DNA from: Flaccisagitta enflata
Taxonomy: Eukaryota
DNA length: 64,000 nucleotides
Reading direction: 5' to 3'
NCBI GenBank assembly: GCA_965153355.1
Contig: OZ231126.1
Span: forward strand, 26,784,001-26,848,000
How positions within the stretch are numbered: the first letter of the stretch is position 1; every line of letters starts with the position of its first letter. A program made the position numbers and the translations under genes. The notes below the pieces were generated by a model, which saw nothing but the letters and a program-made list of their open reading frames with translations, ran no database searches and was not told where the DNA came from. Positions 46,813-59,500 of the stretch are shown piece by piece.

Positions 46813-46963
46813 CTATTCTTTTCCTGACGTTCATATTGGCTCTCGTTGGTTTCAAGGGATTAACAACGACATTTGTTTCTGACAAAACCGTGGATATGAT
46901 CGAAGCGACATCCTCAGATTTGGTGGCGACAAACGCAGGCTTGTCACCACTTCCACGAGTTAC
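46813..46963 (-). CDS. same gene, juxtamembrane exon
   Basis: Acceptor ttttgtctacag|, donor G|GTTTGT. Encodes VTRGSG...NVRKRI(G). Phases match on both sides and the basic RKR sits directly before the TM. Confidence 0.7.
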
Positions 46964-47038
46964 CTGTAGACAAAAGATTGTGGCTTTCCCATGAGTATGA
47001 GTGCGAATGAATGCATGCGTGCTTATTTACATACTAAG

Positions 47039-47121
<83 letters not shown>

Positions 47122-47162
47122 TCTTCTTTTTTTTTTCTTTTTCATTTTCTTTTTCTTTGCTT

Positions 47163-47212
<50 letters not shown>

Positions 47213-47360
47213 ATTGTGGTTGTTGTTGTCGTTGTTGTTGTCGTTGTTGCCGTTGCTGTTGTTGTTGCTGTTATTTGTCTACTAAGAGGCTCTGTCCTTC
47301 CGTCCGTTAGTCAGTCCGTCCATCGGTTGTTTTTCTCAGTTTCCCATTTCATACACACAC

Positions 47361-47477
47361 TTTGACATTTTTGAATGCGGGGTCTATGCTCTTGCTCGCG
47401 TGAATTTGATGAACGTCTCCGCCGACGTCTCCTGGAGCACTCCACGTCAGTGATGCGTCATCCCTTTGCGGCACATT
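47361..47477 (-). CDS. same gene, internal exon
   Basis: Acceptor tctttttcgtcatcag|, donor AAA|GTGTGT. 39 open codons (NVPQRDD...FKNVK), phase 0/0. Confidence 0.55.
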
Positions 47478-47667
47478 CTGATGACGAAAAAGACAATTGC
47501 CGCAAGTTGACTTTTAATATCAACTTTGGCAAATCTTGGCCGGTATATTGAGCGACTTTGCAAAGAATATGTGACCTGCAAAAGATTCTTATCGAGACAT
47601 TTAACATATAATCGAATTTTTGCTTCCAGTGTGACATGTATAGTGCATTGAGCGCCTTAAAACGAAC

Positions 47668-47769
47668 CTCGGGTTGATCCAACAAAGTCAGTGCGCCGGT
47701 GGAAACTGACTTTCTCGGCATATCGTCCACAGGTGGTGCAATGGATGATCTGTACTGACTATCGCGGAT
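47668..47769 (-). CDS. same gene, internal exon
   Basis: Acceptor cctttttcag|, donor GAG|GTTCGT. 34 codons (IRDSQY...DQPE), phase 0/0. Confidence 0.6.
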
Positions 47770-48765
47770 CTGAAAAAGGTGTCATCGAAAACGCGGTAAA
47801 TATCTCTTATGACAGTCACGCATGAGCAAGTTTAGAATTCCAACTTTGTATGCCATCGCCGGGAAATGCCCATTGGAATTGCGTTGAATTTCCAAGGTAC
47901 CAAAAGGCTGATCTTGTAATCGCTTAGTTAGATTTGTGAATCTTTTGATTCCTTAAAGTGCCCAAGATAATGGCATTTTCAGCAGCATCTTATTGCTCTC
48001 AATTTGACTTTATGACGGCAAAATTTTGAAGGAAAACTAAGTGTTTCACCATACTTTTTGCATCATTTTCTGGACAATAATGGTGCAAGAATGATTAAAA
48101 AAGATAAATTGTCTCCAAAGACACTTGGTGTATACATTTCTATCATATTCTGACATCAAAAGTAATTTTGACAATGCAATTCACATGAGAGAAGCAAGAA
48201 AAACAAGGTTTTTATTGCAATTTTACTTACATTTTTTTTTTGTTCTTGCCGTTTAAATTCTAAGACTCTCAAATGCAGGCAAATTTTGCATTTCCAAAAA
48301 CATAGTTCTCTTTGAAATCGATTTTGGAAGAGAACTATGTTCTTTGTTTTCTCATTTTTTCATTTTCTATGCAAACTTAGAATTTAAACGGGCCCCTGTC
48401 AGTTACCAAAAGTGAAATTTTCAATGATTTGCATCATATTTTCTTCATTAATTTTAGCTCCATTTGTTTTTTTTCATGTTTGAATGCAAGTAATACAAAA
48501 AAATATTAATCATGATATATCTTCATGATCATTTTAGTTTAATCATTCAGATTCAATCATTTTGATTTTTTACTTTGGCTCCTGCTGAAACACAAATGTT
48601 GCCTTCGGAGGAACGCCGTCTTATGTAAACAAGCCCGACCGGGCAACTCGATGCGTCATCTGCGCGAATTGAGAGACGGAACGATCGACCGATGGACGGA
48701 CGGACAGACCCTCTTATAGTGATGCAAAGACGCATCTAAAAAATCCGAACCGGCGTAGGGTGTAC

Positions 48766-48868
48766 CTTCCTGAATCCATATTCCCCGGGATCTGCGGCCC
48801 AATTTTCGGGATTCGCATCGAAATTGTCCTCGATCTCGAGTAACGCTTGAGTGTGCCGACGACTCTCT
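48766..48868 (-). CDS. same gene, internal exon
   Basis: Acceptor ctccattcag|, donor AAG|GTACAC. Encodes ESRRHTQALLEIEDNFDANPENWAADPGEYGFRK, phase 2/0. Confidence 0.6.
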
Positions 48869-49421
48869 CTGAATGGAGCATCACCACGTTTACAAAAACA
48901 AGCTCAATTACGTAAACAAGCCCATTTACATAAACAAGCACGCGACTGAACTATTCTAGTTGCGGTGAAATTGGTCTGTTCAAGTGTTCATCCATTTGAC
49001 AGTGTGAGATTGATTTTTTTTACTGCCAGGCAGCCACAACAATACCAAATTTTCTCAGGTGACTCAGTCCTCATCTGGGAAAAAAGCACTGTATGTTTTT
49101 TCTATAATTCATGATTTTGTTAAGAAATCTTACACCCAAATGACTTAAATATCAAATTACTGATATTAATGAAAAAAATTTCCTGATGATTGCAGATCTT
49201 GTATCTCCACCTAGACCTGTACTTTAGTGACAAAATTTTGATCAATAAAAAAAAGTACAAAAATCATCAATCCAAACGTACAGTGTTTTTGTTCAGATGT
49301 AGCCTTTCCGCTTGCGACCCCACGCCTCGACATTATTCCGAGAAAAAATCTAACAACACGCAAGGTACAAAATTCCACAAATAAAGTACAACTAACGGTG
49401 TCACAGAGCACATGGCTTGTA

Positions 49422-50023
49422 CAGTGGGGTTCGTGAAATAACAGCCTAAACTGGAGGAAGGTATTTAAGTGTCTTAATTTCATTTGACAAACTTGATATT
49501 TAAAATATAAGTTGTTCACTTAATGCTTTTGTCCCTGAGTTTTTCGGTTGCTATGGAAACCAAAATTATTTTTTCAAACATTTATAACCACTTAAATATC
49601 AATATTTTGAGAAATATTATCAGGGAACATTGCTCAAAATTAAATTTGCTACAACTTTCCCACAGTATGTTCTGTAAGAATATTGCTCGTTTGGCCGTTG
49701 CTAGGGGGCATCACACCTAGCAACCGCTAAATGATGCTCCCTAGCAATGGCTAAACAAGCGATATTCTTACAGGACATACTGTGGGAAAGTTGTAGCAAA
49801 TTTAATTTTGAGCAATGTTCCCTGATAATATTTCTTAAAATATCAATATTCTAGTGGTTATGAATGTTTAAAAAAATAATTTTGGTTTCCATAGCAACCA
49901 AAAAACTCAGGGACAAAAGCATCGAGTGAACAATTTATATTTCAAATATCAAGTTTGTCAAATAAAATTAAGACACTTAAATACCTTCCTCCAGTTTAGG
50001 CTGTTATTCCACGAACCCCACTG
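49422..50023. mobile_element. Tc1/mariner-type palindromic MITE in an intron of the Sushi gene
   Basis: TA|CAGTGGGGTTCGTG...CACGAACCCCACTG|TA, with ~290-bp arms and a TA duplication. Confidence 0.9.
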
Positions 50024-50116
50024 TACAAGGTAGGCAACGCCGTACGTACAACCTAACTCTAGTATACTACGTTAAGAGATGAAGCATTAGTCAATGCTGA
50101 CGTGGGCACGACTTAC

Positions 50117-50190
50117 AATTCATCAAACTGGGTCGTAGTCTCCTCTTCGTGGGTTCGATGGTGATGGTGATGATGATTCTTATCCGTAGC
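50117..50190 (-). CDS. same gene, internal (or first) exon
   Basis: Acceptor ttcgcag|, consensus donor TT|GTAAGT whose phase 2 matches the next exon. Encodes ATDKNHHHHHHRTHEEETTTQFDE. In-frame ATGs just upstream (50208, 50223) mean it could instead be the first coding exon. Confidence 0.6.
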
Positions 50191-50409
50191 CTGCGAATTT
50201 ATGGTCATAATCAAAATCTGCATTATTTGCCCTCGCAGTTAACGCCCGATCGCAATCTCTCACCCGAAATTCTGAATTCATCATGGGCTTCATCATGGGC
50301 TTCATCAATCCCAACTACAGATCGAACATAATGGTTTAGACCGTAATTGTCCCCATAGGTAATGCCCTCAAACTGCCCGAGAGAATATCTTCAGTTTCTT
50401 ATACAGAAC

Positions 50410-50498
50410 CTTGTGAGCTTCATCTGCCTCAAACACGGCAAAGAGAATGTCGGCGGGAGTGTAACTGTCTTCTTCAGTGACGTTCCAATTTAGGGCTC
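50410..50498 (-). CDS. possible upstream exon of the same gene
   Basis: Acceptor tgctgcttcag|, donor AAG|GTTCTG. Encodes ALNWNVTEEDSYTPADILFAVFEADEAHK; its phase-0 end fits the next exon. Confidence 0.45.
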
Positions 50499-50549
50499 CT
50501 GAAGCAGCAATAACAAAAGGACAATGGGATGAAACGATTGGATATTGAA

Positions 50550-53500
50550 AAGGGTGCTGAAGAGTCCAACAAGGCCAGATATCAATACATAGGTTTTTAG
50601 GCTAGAAAATTTCTGATTTGAGATCAAGGACTAATTTTTTTTGCTGAAATGCAAGGGAACATGATCATTTACTCAAAAAAACATAGTTTTCCATATGAAT
50701 ATGGCTATATCTCTGATTTTTGATGTCACCTATGTAAAAACGCAATATTTCAAAAGAGTCACATTTGGTACTAGCGCCATAGCTGCAGCAAAAACTGGTC
50801 ATAGGATTAGTTTCCTCCTTGTCCAATTTGGTCATAATGGTGGTGCAAGTTGATTAGGGGCTTTGGAGAAACATCTACGCACACAAACTTTCACAAAGGC
50901 TTCAAATCTAAAACTCAACACTATTTTCTTGTTATTTTTTGTTGTATGGAAGTGAGAAAAATTACCAGTTTGAAGGTCAAAACACATTTTTTTGCCTTGA
51001 TCAGTTACTTATGACATTTATCTACCAATTGGACTTCTTTGCACCACCCTGCAAGGAAAAGGGTTGTCATTTTGTTTGACCGACAATGCTCTTATCTACC
51101 GTTTGAAACCGCCTCAGCGCCGATGGCTATAAACAGCAGTCTTAATAGGGCATAAATCTTGTCAATAGGCAGAATGTCTTGATTTAAGCTATTCATGTTA
51201 TGGAATCTGGCAAAGGAAGTGTCCTCCATCTATTTATCACAAATATTCCACTATATTTGGTGTTTACAGGCCTTTGGGGGGGTTTCAAATGAATCAAAAC
51301 AGGCCTATTTTGAGCCAATTTCGCCATCGAGGGCTAGAGAGGGCATTGTCTTTGGTGACTTGCTACTCAGACACCAGTGCAAAAAGTGGTTATTTTTCTT
51401 GCTTAGGTGAAAGAGTAGACACAGAGCTTTCAAACAAGCCCTAATTTATTGATTTTACTAATTTCCATCCCATCCAAATTCTATTACTAAGATATGATAA
51501 TTAGGGTTTCTCTTATAAGGGTGCTGAAGAGTCCAACAAGGCCAGATATCAATACATAGGTTTTAGGCTAGAAAATTTCTGATTTGAGATCAAGGACTAA
51601 TTTTTTTTGCTGAAATGCAAGGGAACATGATCATTTACTCAAAAAAACATAGTTTTCCATATGAATATGGCTATATCTCTGATTTTTGATGTCACCTATG
51701 TAAAAACGCAATATTTCAAAAGAGTCACATTTGGTACTAGCGCCATAGCTGCAGCAAAAACTGGTCATAGGATTAGTTTCCTCCTTGTCCAATTTGGTCA
51801 TAATGGTGGTGCAAGTTGATTAGGGGCTTTGGAGAAACATCTACGCACACAAACTTTCACAAAGGCTTCAAATCTAAAACTCAACACTATTTTCTTGTTA
51901 TTTTTTGTTGTATGGCCGTTAACCTAAAAAGTGAGAAAAATTACCAGTTTGAAGGTCAAAACACATTTTTTTGCCTTGATCAGTTACTTAGGACATTTAT
52001 CTACCAAATGGACTTCTTTGCACCACCCTGCAAGGAAAAGGGTTGTCATTTTGTTTGACCGACAATGCTCTTATCTACCGTTTGAAACACTTTCAGCGCC
52101 GATGGCTATAAACAGCAGTCTTAATAGGGCATAAATCTTGTCAATAGGCAGAATGTCTTGATTTAAGCTATTCATGTTATGGAATCTGGCAAAGGAAGTG
52201 TCCTCCATCTATTTATCACAAATATTCCACTATATTTGGTGTTTACAGGCCTTTGGGGGTTTCAAATGAATCAAAACAGGCCTATTTTGAGCCAATTTCG
52301 CCATCGAGGGCTAGAGAGGGTATTGTCTTTGGTGACTTGCTACTCAGACACCAGTGCAAAAAGTGGTTATTTTTCTTGCTTAGGTGAAAGAGTAGACACA
52401 GAGCTTTCAAACAAGCCCTAATTTATTGATTTTACTAATTTCCATCCCATCCAAATTCTATTACTAAGATATGATAATTAGGGTTTCTCTTATAAGGGTG
52501 CTGAAGAGTCCAACAAGGCCAGATATCAATACATAGGTTTTTAGGCTAGAAAATTTCTGATTTGAGATCAAGGACTAATTTTTTTGCTGAAATGCAAGGG
52601 AACATGATCATTTACTCAAAAAAACATAGTTTTCCATATGAATATGGCTATATCTCTGATTTTTGATGTCACCTATGTAAAAACGCAATATTTCAAAAGA
52701 GTCACATTTGGTACTAGCGCCATAGCTGCAGCAAAAACTGGTCATAGGATTAGTTTCCTCCTTGTCCAATTTGGTCATAATGGTGGTGCAAGTTGATTAG
52801 GGGCTTTGGAGAAACATCTACGCACACAAACTTTCACAAAGGCTTCAAATCTAAAACTCAACACTATTTTCTTGTTATTTTTTGTTATATGGCCGTTGAC
52901 CTAAAAAGTGAGAAAAATTACCAGTTTGAAAGTCAAAACACATTTTTTTGCCTTGATCAGTTACTTAGGACATTTATCTACCAAATGGACTTCTTTGCAC
53001 CACCCTGCAAGGAAAAGGGTTGTCATTTTGTTTGACCGACAATGCTCTTATCTACCGTTTGAAACCGCCTCAGCGCCGATGGCTATAAACAGCAGTCTTA
53101 ATAGGGCATAAATCTTGTCAATAGGCAGAATGTCTTGATTTAAGCTATTCATGTTATGGAATCTGGCAAAGGAAGTGTCCTCCATCTATTTATCACAAAT
53201 ATTCCACTATATTTGTTGTTTACAGGCCTTTGGGGGGTTTCAAATGAATCAAAACAGGCCTATTTTGAGCCAATTTCGCCATCGAGGGCTAGAGAGGGTA
53301 TTGTCTTTGGTGACTTGCTACTCAGACACCAGTGCAAAAAGTGGTTATTTTTCTTGCTTAGGTGAAAGAGTAGACACAGAGCTTTCAAACAAGCCCTAAT
53401 TTATTGATTTTACTAATTTCCATCCCATCCAAATTCTATTACTAAGATATGATAATTAGGGTTTCTCTTATAAGGGTGCTGAAGAGTCCAACAAGGCCAG

Positions 53501-56500
53501 ATATCAATACATAGGTTTTTAGGCTAGAAAATTTCTGATTTGAGATCAAGGACTAATTTTTTTTGCTGAAATGCAAGGGAACATGATCATTTACTCAAAA
53601 AAACATAGTTTTCCATATGAATATGGCTATATCTCTGATTTTTGATGTCACCTATGTAAAAACGCAATATTTCAAAAGAGTCACATTTGGTACTAGCGCC
53701 ATAGCTGCAGCAAAAACTGGTCATAGGATTAGTTTCCTCCTTGTCCAATTTGGTCATAATGGTGGTGCAAGTTGATTAGGGGCTTTGGAGAAACATCTAC
53801 GCACACAAACTTTCACAAAGGCTTCAAATCTAAAACTCAACACTATTTTCTTGTTATTTTTTGTTGTATGGCCGTTAACCTAAAAAGTGAGAAAAATTAC
53901 CAGTTTGAAGGTCAAAACACATTTTTTTGCCTTGATCAGTTACTTATGACATTTATCTACCAAATGGACTTCTTTGCACCACCCTGCAAGGAAAAGGGTT
54001 GTCATTTTGTTTGACCGACAATGCTCTTATCTACCGTTTGAAACCGCCTCAGCGCCGGTGGCTATAAACAGCAGTCTTAATAGGGCATAAATCTTGTCAA
54101 TAGGCAAAATGTCTTGATTTAAGCTATTCATGTTATGGAATCTGGCAAAGGAAGTGTCCTCCATCTATTTATCACAAATATTCCACTATATTTGGTGTTT
54201 ACAGGCCTTTGGGGGGGTTTCAAATGAATCAAAACAGGCCTATTTTGAGCCAATTTCGCCATCGAGGGCTAGAGAGGGTATTGTCTTTGGTGACTTGCTA
54301 CTCAGACACCAGTGCAAAAAGTGGTTATTTTTCTTGCTTAGGTGAAAGAGTAGACACAGAGCTTTCAAACAAGCCCTAATTTATTGATTTTACTAATTTC
54401 CATCCCATCCAAATTCTATTACTAAGATATGATAATTAGGGTTTCTCTTATAAGGGTGCTGAAGAGTCCAACAAGGCCAGATATCAATACATAGGTTTTT
54501 AGGCTAGAAAATTTCTGATTTGAGATCAAGGACTAATTTTTTTGCTGAAATGCAAGGGAACATGATCATTTACTCAAAAAAACATAGTTTTCCATATGAA
54601 TATGGCTATATCTCTGATTTTTGATGTCACCTATGTAAAAACGCAATATTTCAAAAGAGTCACATTTGGTACTAGCGCCATAGCTGCAGCAAAAACTGGT
54701 CATAGGATTAGTTTCCTCCTTGTCCAATTTGGTCACAATGGTGGTACAAGTTGATTAGGGGCTTTGGAGAAACATCTACGCACACAAACTTTCACAAAGG
54801 CTTCAAATCTAAAACTCAACACTATTTTCTTGTTATTTTTTGTTATATGGCCGTTAACCTAAAAAGTGAGAAAAATTACCAGTTTGAAGGTCAAAACACA
54901 TTTTTTTGCCTTGATCAGTTACTTATGACATTTATCTACCAATTGGACTTCTTTGCACCACCCTGCAAGGAAAAGGGTTGTCATTTTGTTTGACCGACAA
55001 TGCTCTTATCTACCGTTTGAAACCGCCTCAGCGCCGATGGCTATAAACAGCAGTCTTAATAGGGCATAAATCTTGTCAATAGGCAGAATGTCTTGATTTA
55101 AGCTATTCATGTTATGGAATCTGGCAAAGGAAGTCCTCCATCTATTTATCACAAATATTCCACTATATTTGGTGTTTACAGGCCAGGGGGTTTCAAATGA
55201 ATCAAAACAGGCCTATTTTGAGCCAATTTCGCATCGAGGGCTAGAGAGGGTATTGTCTTTGGTGACTTGCTACTCAGACACCAGTGCAAAAAGTGGTTAT
55301 TTTTCTTGCTTAGGTGAAAGAGTAGACACAGAGCTTTCAAACAAGCCCTAATCTATTGATTTTACTAATTTCCATCCCATCAAAATTCCATTACTAACTT
55401 ATGATAATTAGGGTTTCTCTTATAAGGGTGCTGAAGAGTCCAACAAGGCCAGATATCAATACATAGGTTTTTAGGCTAGAAAATTTCTGATTTGAGATCA
55501 AGGACTAATTTTTTTTGCTGAAATGCAAGGGAACATGATCATTTACTCAAAAAAACATAGTTTTCCATATGAATATGGCTATATCTCTGATTTTTGATGT
55601 CACCTATGTAAAAACGCAATATTTCAAAAGAGTCATTTGGTACTAGCGCCATAGCTGCAGCAAAAACTGGTCATAGGATTAGTTTCCTCCTTGTCCAATT
55701 TGGTCACAATGGTGGTACAAGTTGATTAGGGGCTTTGGAGAAACATCTACGCACACAAACTTTCACAAAGGCTTCAAATCTAAAACTCAACACTATTTTC
55801 TTGTTATTTTAGCCGTTAACCTAAAAAGTGAGAAAAATTACAGTTTGAAGGTCAAAACACATTTTTTTGCCTTGATCAGTTACTTAGGACATTTATCTAC
55901 CAATGGACTTCTTTGCACCACCCTGCAAGGAAAAGGGTTGTCATTTTGTTTGACCGACAATGCTCTTATCTACCGTTTGAAACCGCCTCAGCGCCGATGG
56001 CTATAAACAGCAGTCTTAATAGGGCATAAATCTTGTCAATAGGCAGAATGTCTTGATTTAAGCTATTCATGTTATGGAATCTGGCAAAGGAAGTGTCCTC
56101 CATCTATTTATCACAAATATTCCACTATATTTGGTGTTTACAGGCCTTTGGGGGTTTCAAATGAATCAAAACAGGCCTATTTTGAGCCAATTTCGCATCG
56201 AGGGCTAGAGAGGGTATTGTCTTTGGTGACTTGCTACTCAGACACCAGAGCAAAAAGTGGTTATTTTTCTTGCTTAAGTGAAAGAGTAGACAAAGAGCTT
56301 TCAAACAAGCCCTAATTTATTGATTTTACTAATTTCCATCCCATCAAAATTCCATTACTAACTTATGATAATTAGGGTTTCTCTTATAAGGGTGCTGAAG
56401 AGTCCAACAAGGCCAGATATCAATACATAGGTTTTTAGGCTAGAAAATTTCTGATTTGAGATCAAGGACTAATTTTTTTGCTGAAATGCAAGGGAACATG

Positions 56501-59500
56501 ATCATTTACTCAAAAAAACATAGTTTTCCATATGAATATGGCTATATCTCTGATTTTTGATGTCACCTATGTAAAAACGCAATATTTCAAAAGAGTCACA
56601 TTTGGTACTAGCGCCATAGCTGCAGCAAAAACTGGTCATAGGATTAGCTTCCTCCTTGTCCAATTTGGTCACAATGGTGGTACAAGTTGATTAGGGGCTT
56701 TGGAGAAACATCTACGCACACAAACTTTCACAAAGGCTTCAAATCTAAAACTCAACACTATTTTCTTGTTATTTTTTGTTATATGGCCGTTAACCTAAGA
56801 AGTAAAAAAAATTACCAGTTTGAAGGTCAAAACACATTTTTTTGCCTTGATCAGTTACTTAGGACATTTATCTACCAAATGGACTTCTTTGCACCACCCT
56901 GCAAGGAAAAGGGTTGTCATTTTGTTTGACCGACAATGCTCTTATCTACCGTTTGAAACCGCCTCAGCGCCGATGGCTATAAACAGCAGTCTTAATTAAT
57001 AGGGCATAAATCTTGTCAATAGGCAGAATGTCTTGATTTAAGCTATTCATGTTATGGAATCTGGCAAAGGAAGTGTCCTCCATCTATTTATCACAAATAT
57101 TCCACTATATTTGGTGTTTACAGGCCTTTGGGGGGGTTTCAAATGAATCAAAACAGGCCTATTTTGAGCCAATTTCGCCATCGAGGGCTAGAGAGGGTAT
57201 TGTCTTTGGTGACTTGCTACTCAGACACCAGTGCAAAAAATGGTTATTTTTCTTGCTTAGGTGAAAGAGTAGACACAGAGCTTTCAAACAAGCCCTAATT
57301 TATTGATTTTACTAATTTCCATCCCATCCAAATTCTATTACTAAGATATGATAATTAGGGTTTCTCTTATAAGGGTGCTGAAGAGTCCAACAAGGCCAGA
57401 TATCAATACATAGGTTTTTAGGCTAGAAAATTTCTGATTTGAGATCAAGGACTAATTTTTTTTGCTGAAATGCAAGGGAACATGATCATTTACTCAAAAA
57501 AACATAGTTTTCCTTATGAATATGGCTATATCTCTGATTTTTGATGTCACCTATGTAAAAACGCAATATTTCAAAAGAGTCACATTTGGTACTAGCGCCA
57601 TAGCTGCAGCAAAAACTGGTCATAGGATTAGTTTCCTCCTTGTCCAATTTGGTCATAATGGTGGTGCAAGTTGATTAGGGGCTTTGGAGAAACATCTACG
57701 CACACAAACTTTCACAAAGGCTTCAAATCTAAAACTCAACACTATTTTCTTGTTATTTTTTGTTGTATGGCCGTTAACCTAAAAAGTGAGAAAAATTACC
57801 AGTTTGAAGGTCAAAACACATTTTTTTGCCTTGATCAGTTACTTAGGACATTTATCTACCAAATGGACTTCTTTGCACCACCCTGCAAGGAAAAGGGTTG
57901 TCATTTTGTTTGACCGACAATGCTCTTATCTACCGTTTGAAACCGCCTCAGCGCCGATGGCTATAAACAGCAGTCTTAATAGGGCATAAATCTTGTCAAT
58001 AGGCAGAATGTCTTGATTTAAGCTATTCATGTTATGGAATCTGGCAAAGGAAGTGTCCTCCATCTATTTATCACAAATATTCCACTATATTTGGTGTTTA
58101 CAGGCCTTTGGGGGGGTTTCAAATGAATCAAAACAGGCCTATTTTGAGCCAATTTCGCCATCGAGGGCTAGAGAGGGTATTGTCTTTGGTGACTTGCTAC
58201 TCAGACACCAGTGCAAAAAGTGGTTATTTTTCTTGCTTAGGTGAAAGAGTAGACACAGAGCTTTCAAACAAGCCCTAATTTATTGATTTTACTAATTTCC
58301 ATCCCATCCAAATTCTATTACTAAGATATGATAATTAGGGTTTCTCTTATAAGGGTGCTGAAGAGTCCAACAAGGCCAGATATCAATACATAGGTTTTTA
58401 GGCTAGAAAATTTCTGATTTGAGATCAAGGACTAATTTTTTTTGCTGAAATGCAAGGGAACATGATCATTTACTCAAAAAAACATAGTTTTCCATATGAA
58501 TATGGCTATATCTCTGATTTTTGATGTCACCTATGTAAAAACGCAATATTTCAAAAGAGTCACATTTGGTACTAGCGCCATAGCTGCAGCAAAAACTGGT
58601 CATAGGATTAGTTTCCTCCTTGTCCAATTTGGTCATAATGGTGGTGCAAGTTGATTAGGGGCTTTGGAGAAACATCTACGCACACAAACTTTCACAAAGG
58701 CTTCAAATCTAAAACTCAACACTATTTTCTTGTTATTTTTTGTTGTATGGCCGTTAACCTAAAAAGTGAGAAAAATTACCAGTTTGAAGGTCAAAACACA
58801 TTTTTTTGCCTTGATCAGTTACTTAGGACATTTATCTACCAAATGGACTTCTTTGCACCACCCTGCAAGGAAAAGGGTTGTCATTTTGTTTGACCGACAA
58901 TGCTCTTATCTACCGTTTGAAACCGCCTCAGCGCCGATGGCTATAAACAGCAGTCTTAATAGGGCATAAATCTTGTCAATAGGCAGAATGTCTTGATTTA
59001 AGCTATTCATGTTATGGAATCTGGCAAAGGAAGTGTCCTCCATCTATTTATCACAAATATTCCACTATATTTGGTGTTTACAGGCCTTTGGGGGGGTTTC
59101 AAATGAATCAAAACAGGCCTATTTTGAGCCAATTTCGCCATCGAGGGCTAGAGAGGGTATTGTCTTTGGTGACTTGCTACTCAGACACCAGTGCAAAAAG
59201 TGGTTATTTTTCTTGCTTAGGTGAAAGAGTAGACACAGAGCTTTCAAACAAGCCCTAATTTATTGATTTTACTAATTTCCATCCCATCCAAATTCTATTA
59301 CTAAGATATGATAATTAGGGTTTCTCTTAATAGGGCATAAATCTTGTCAATAGGCAGAATGTCTTGATTTAAGCTATTCATGTTATGGAATCTGGCAAAG
59401 GAAGTGTCCTCCATCTATTTATCACAAATATTCCACTATATTTGGTGTTTACAGGCCTTTGGGGGGGTTTCAAATGAATCAAAACAGGCCTATTTTGAGC

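Noticed and set aside
50232-50440. DEAH-like motifs (FEADEAHK; VVGIDEAHDEAHDE) suggesting a helicase Walker B, and a possible extra exon at ~50264-50372
   Set aside because: No Walker A or other helicase motifs are present. The extra exon would need a 37-nt intron and its donor phase leads to a stop in the next exon.
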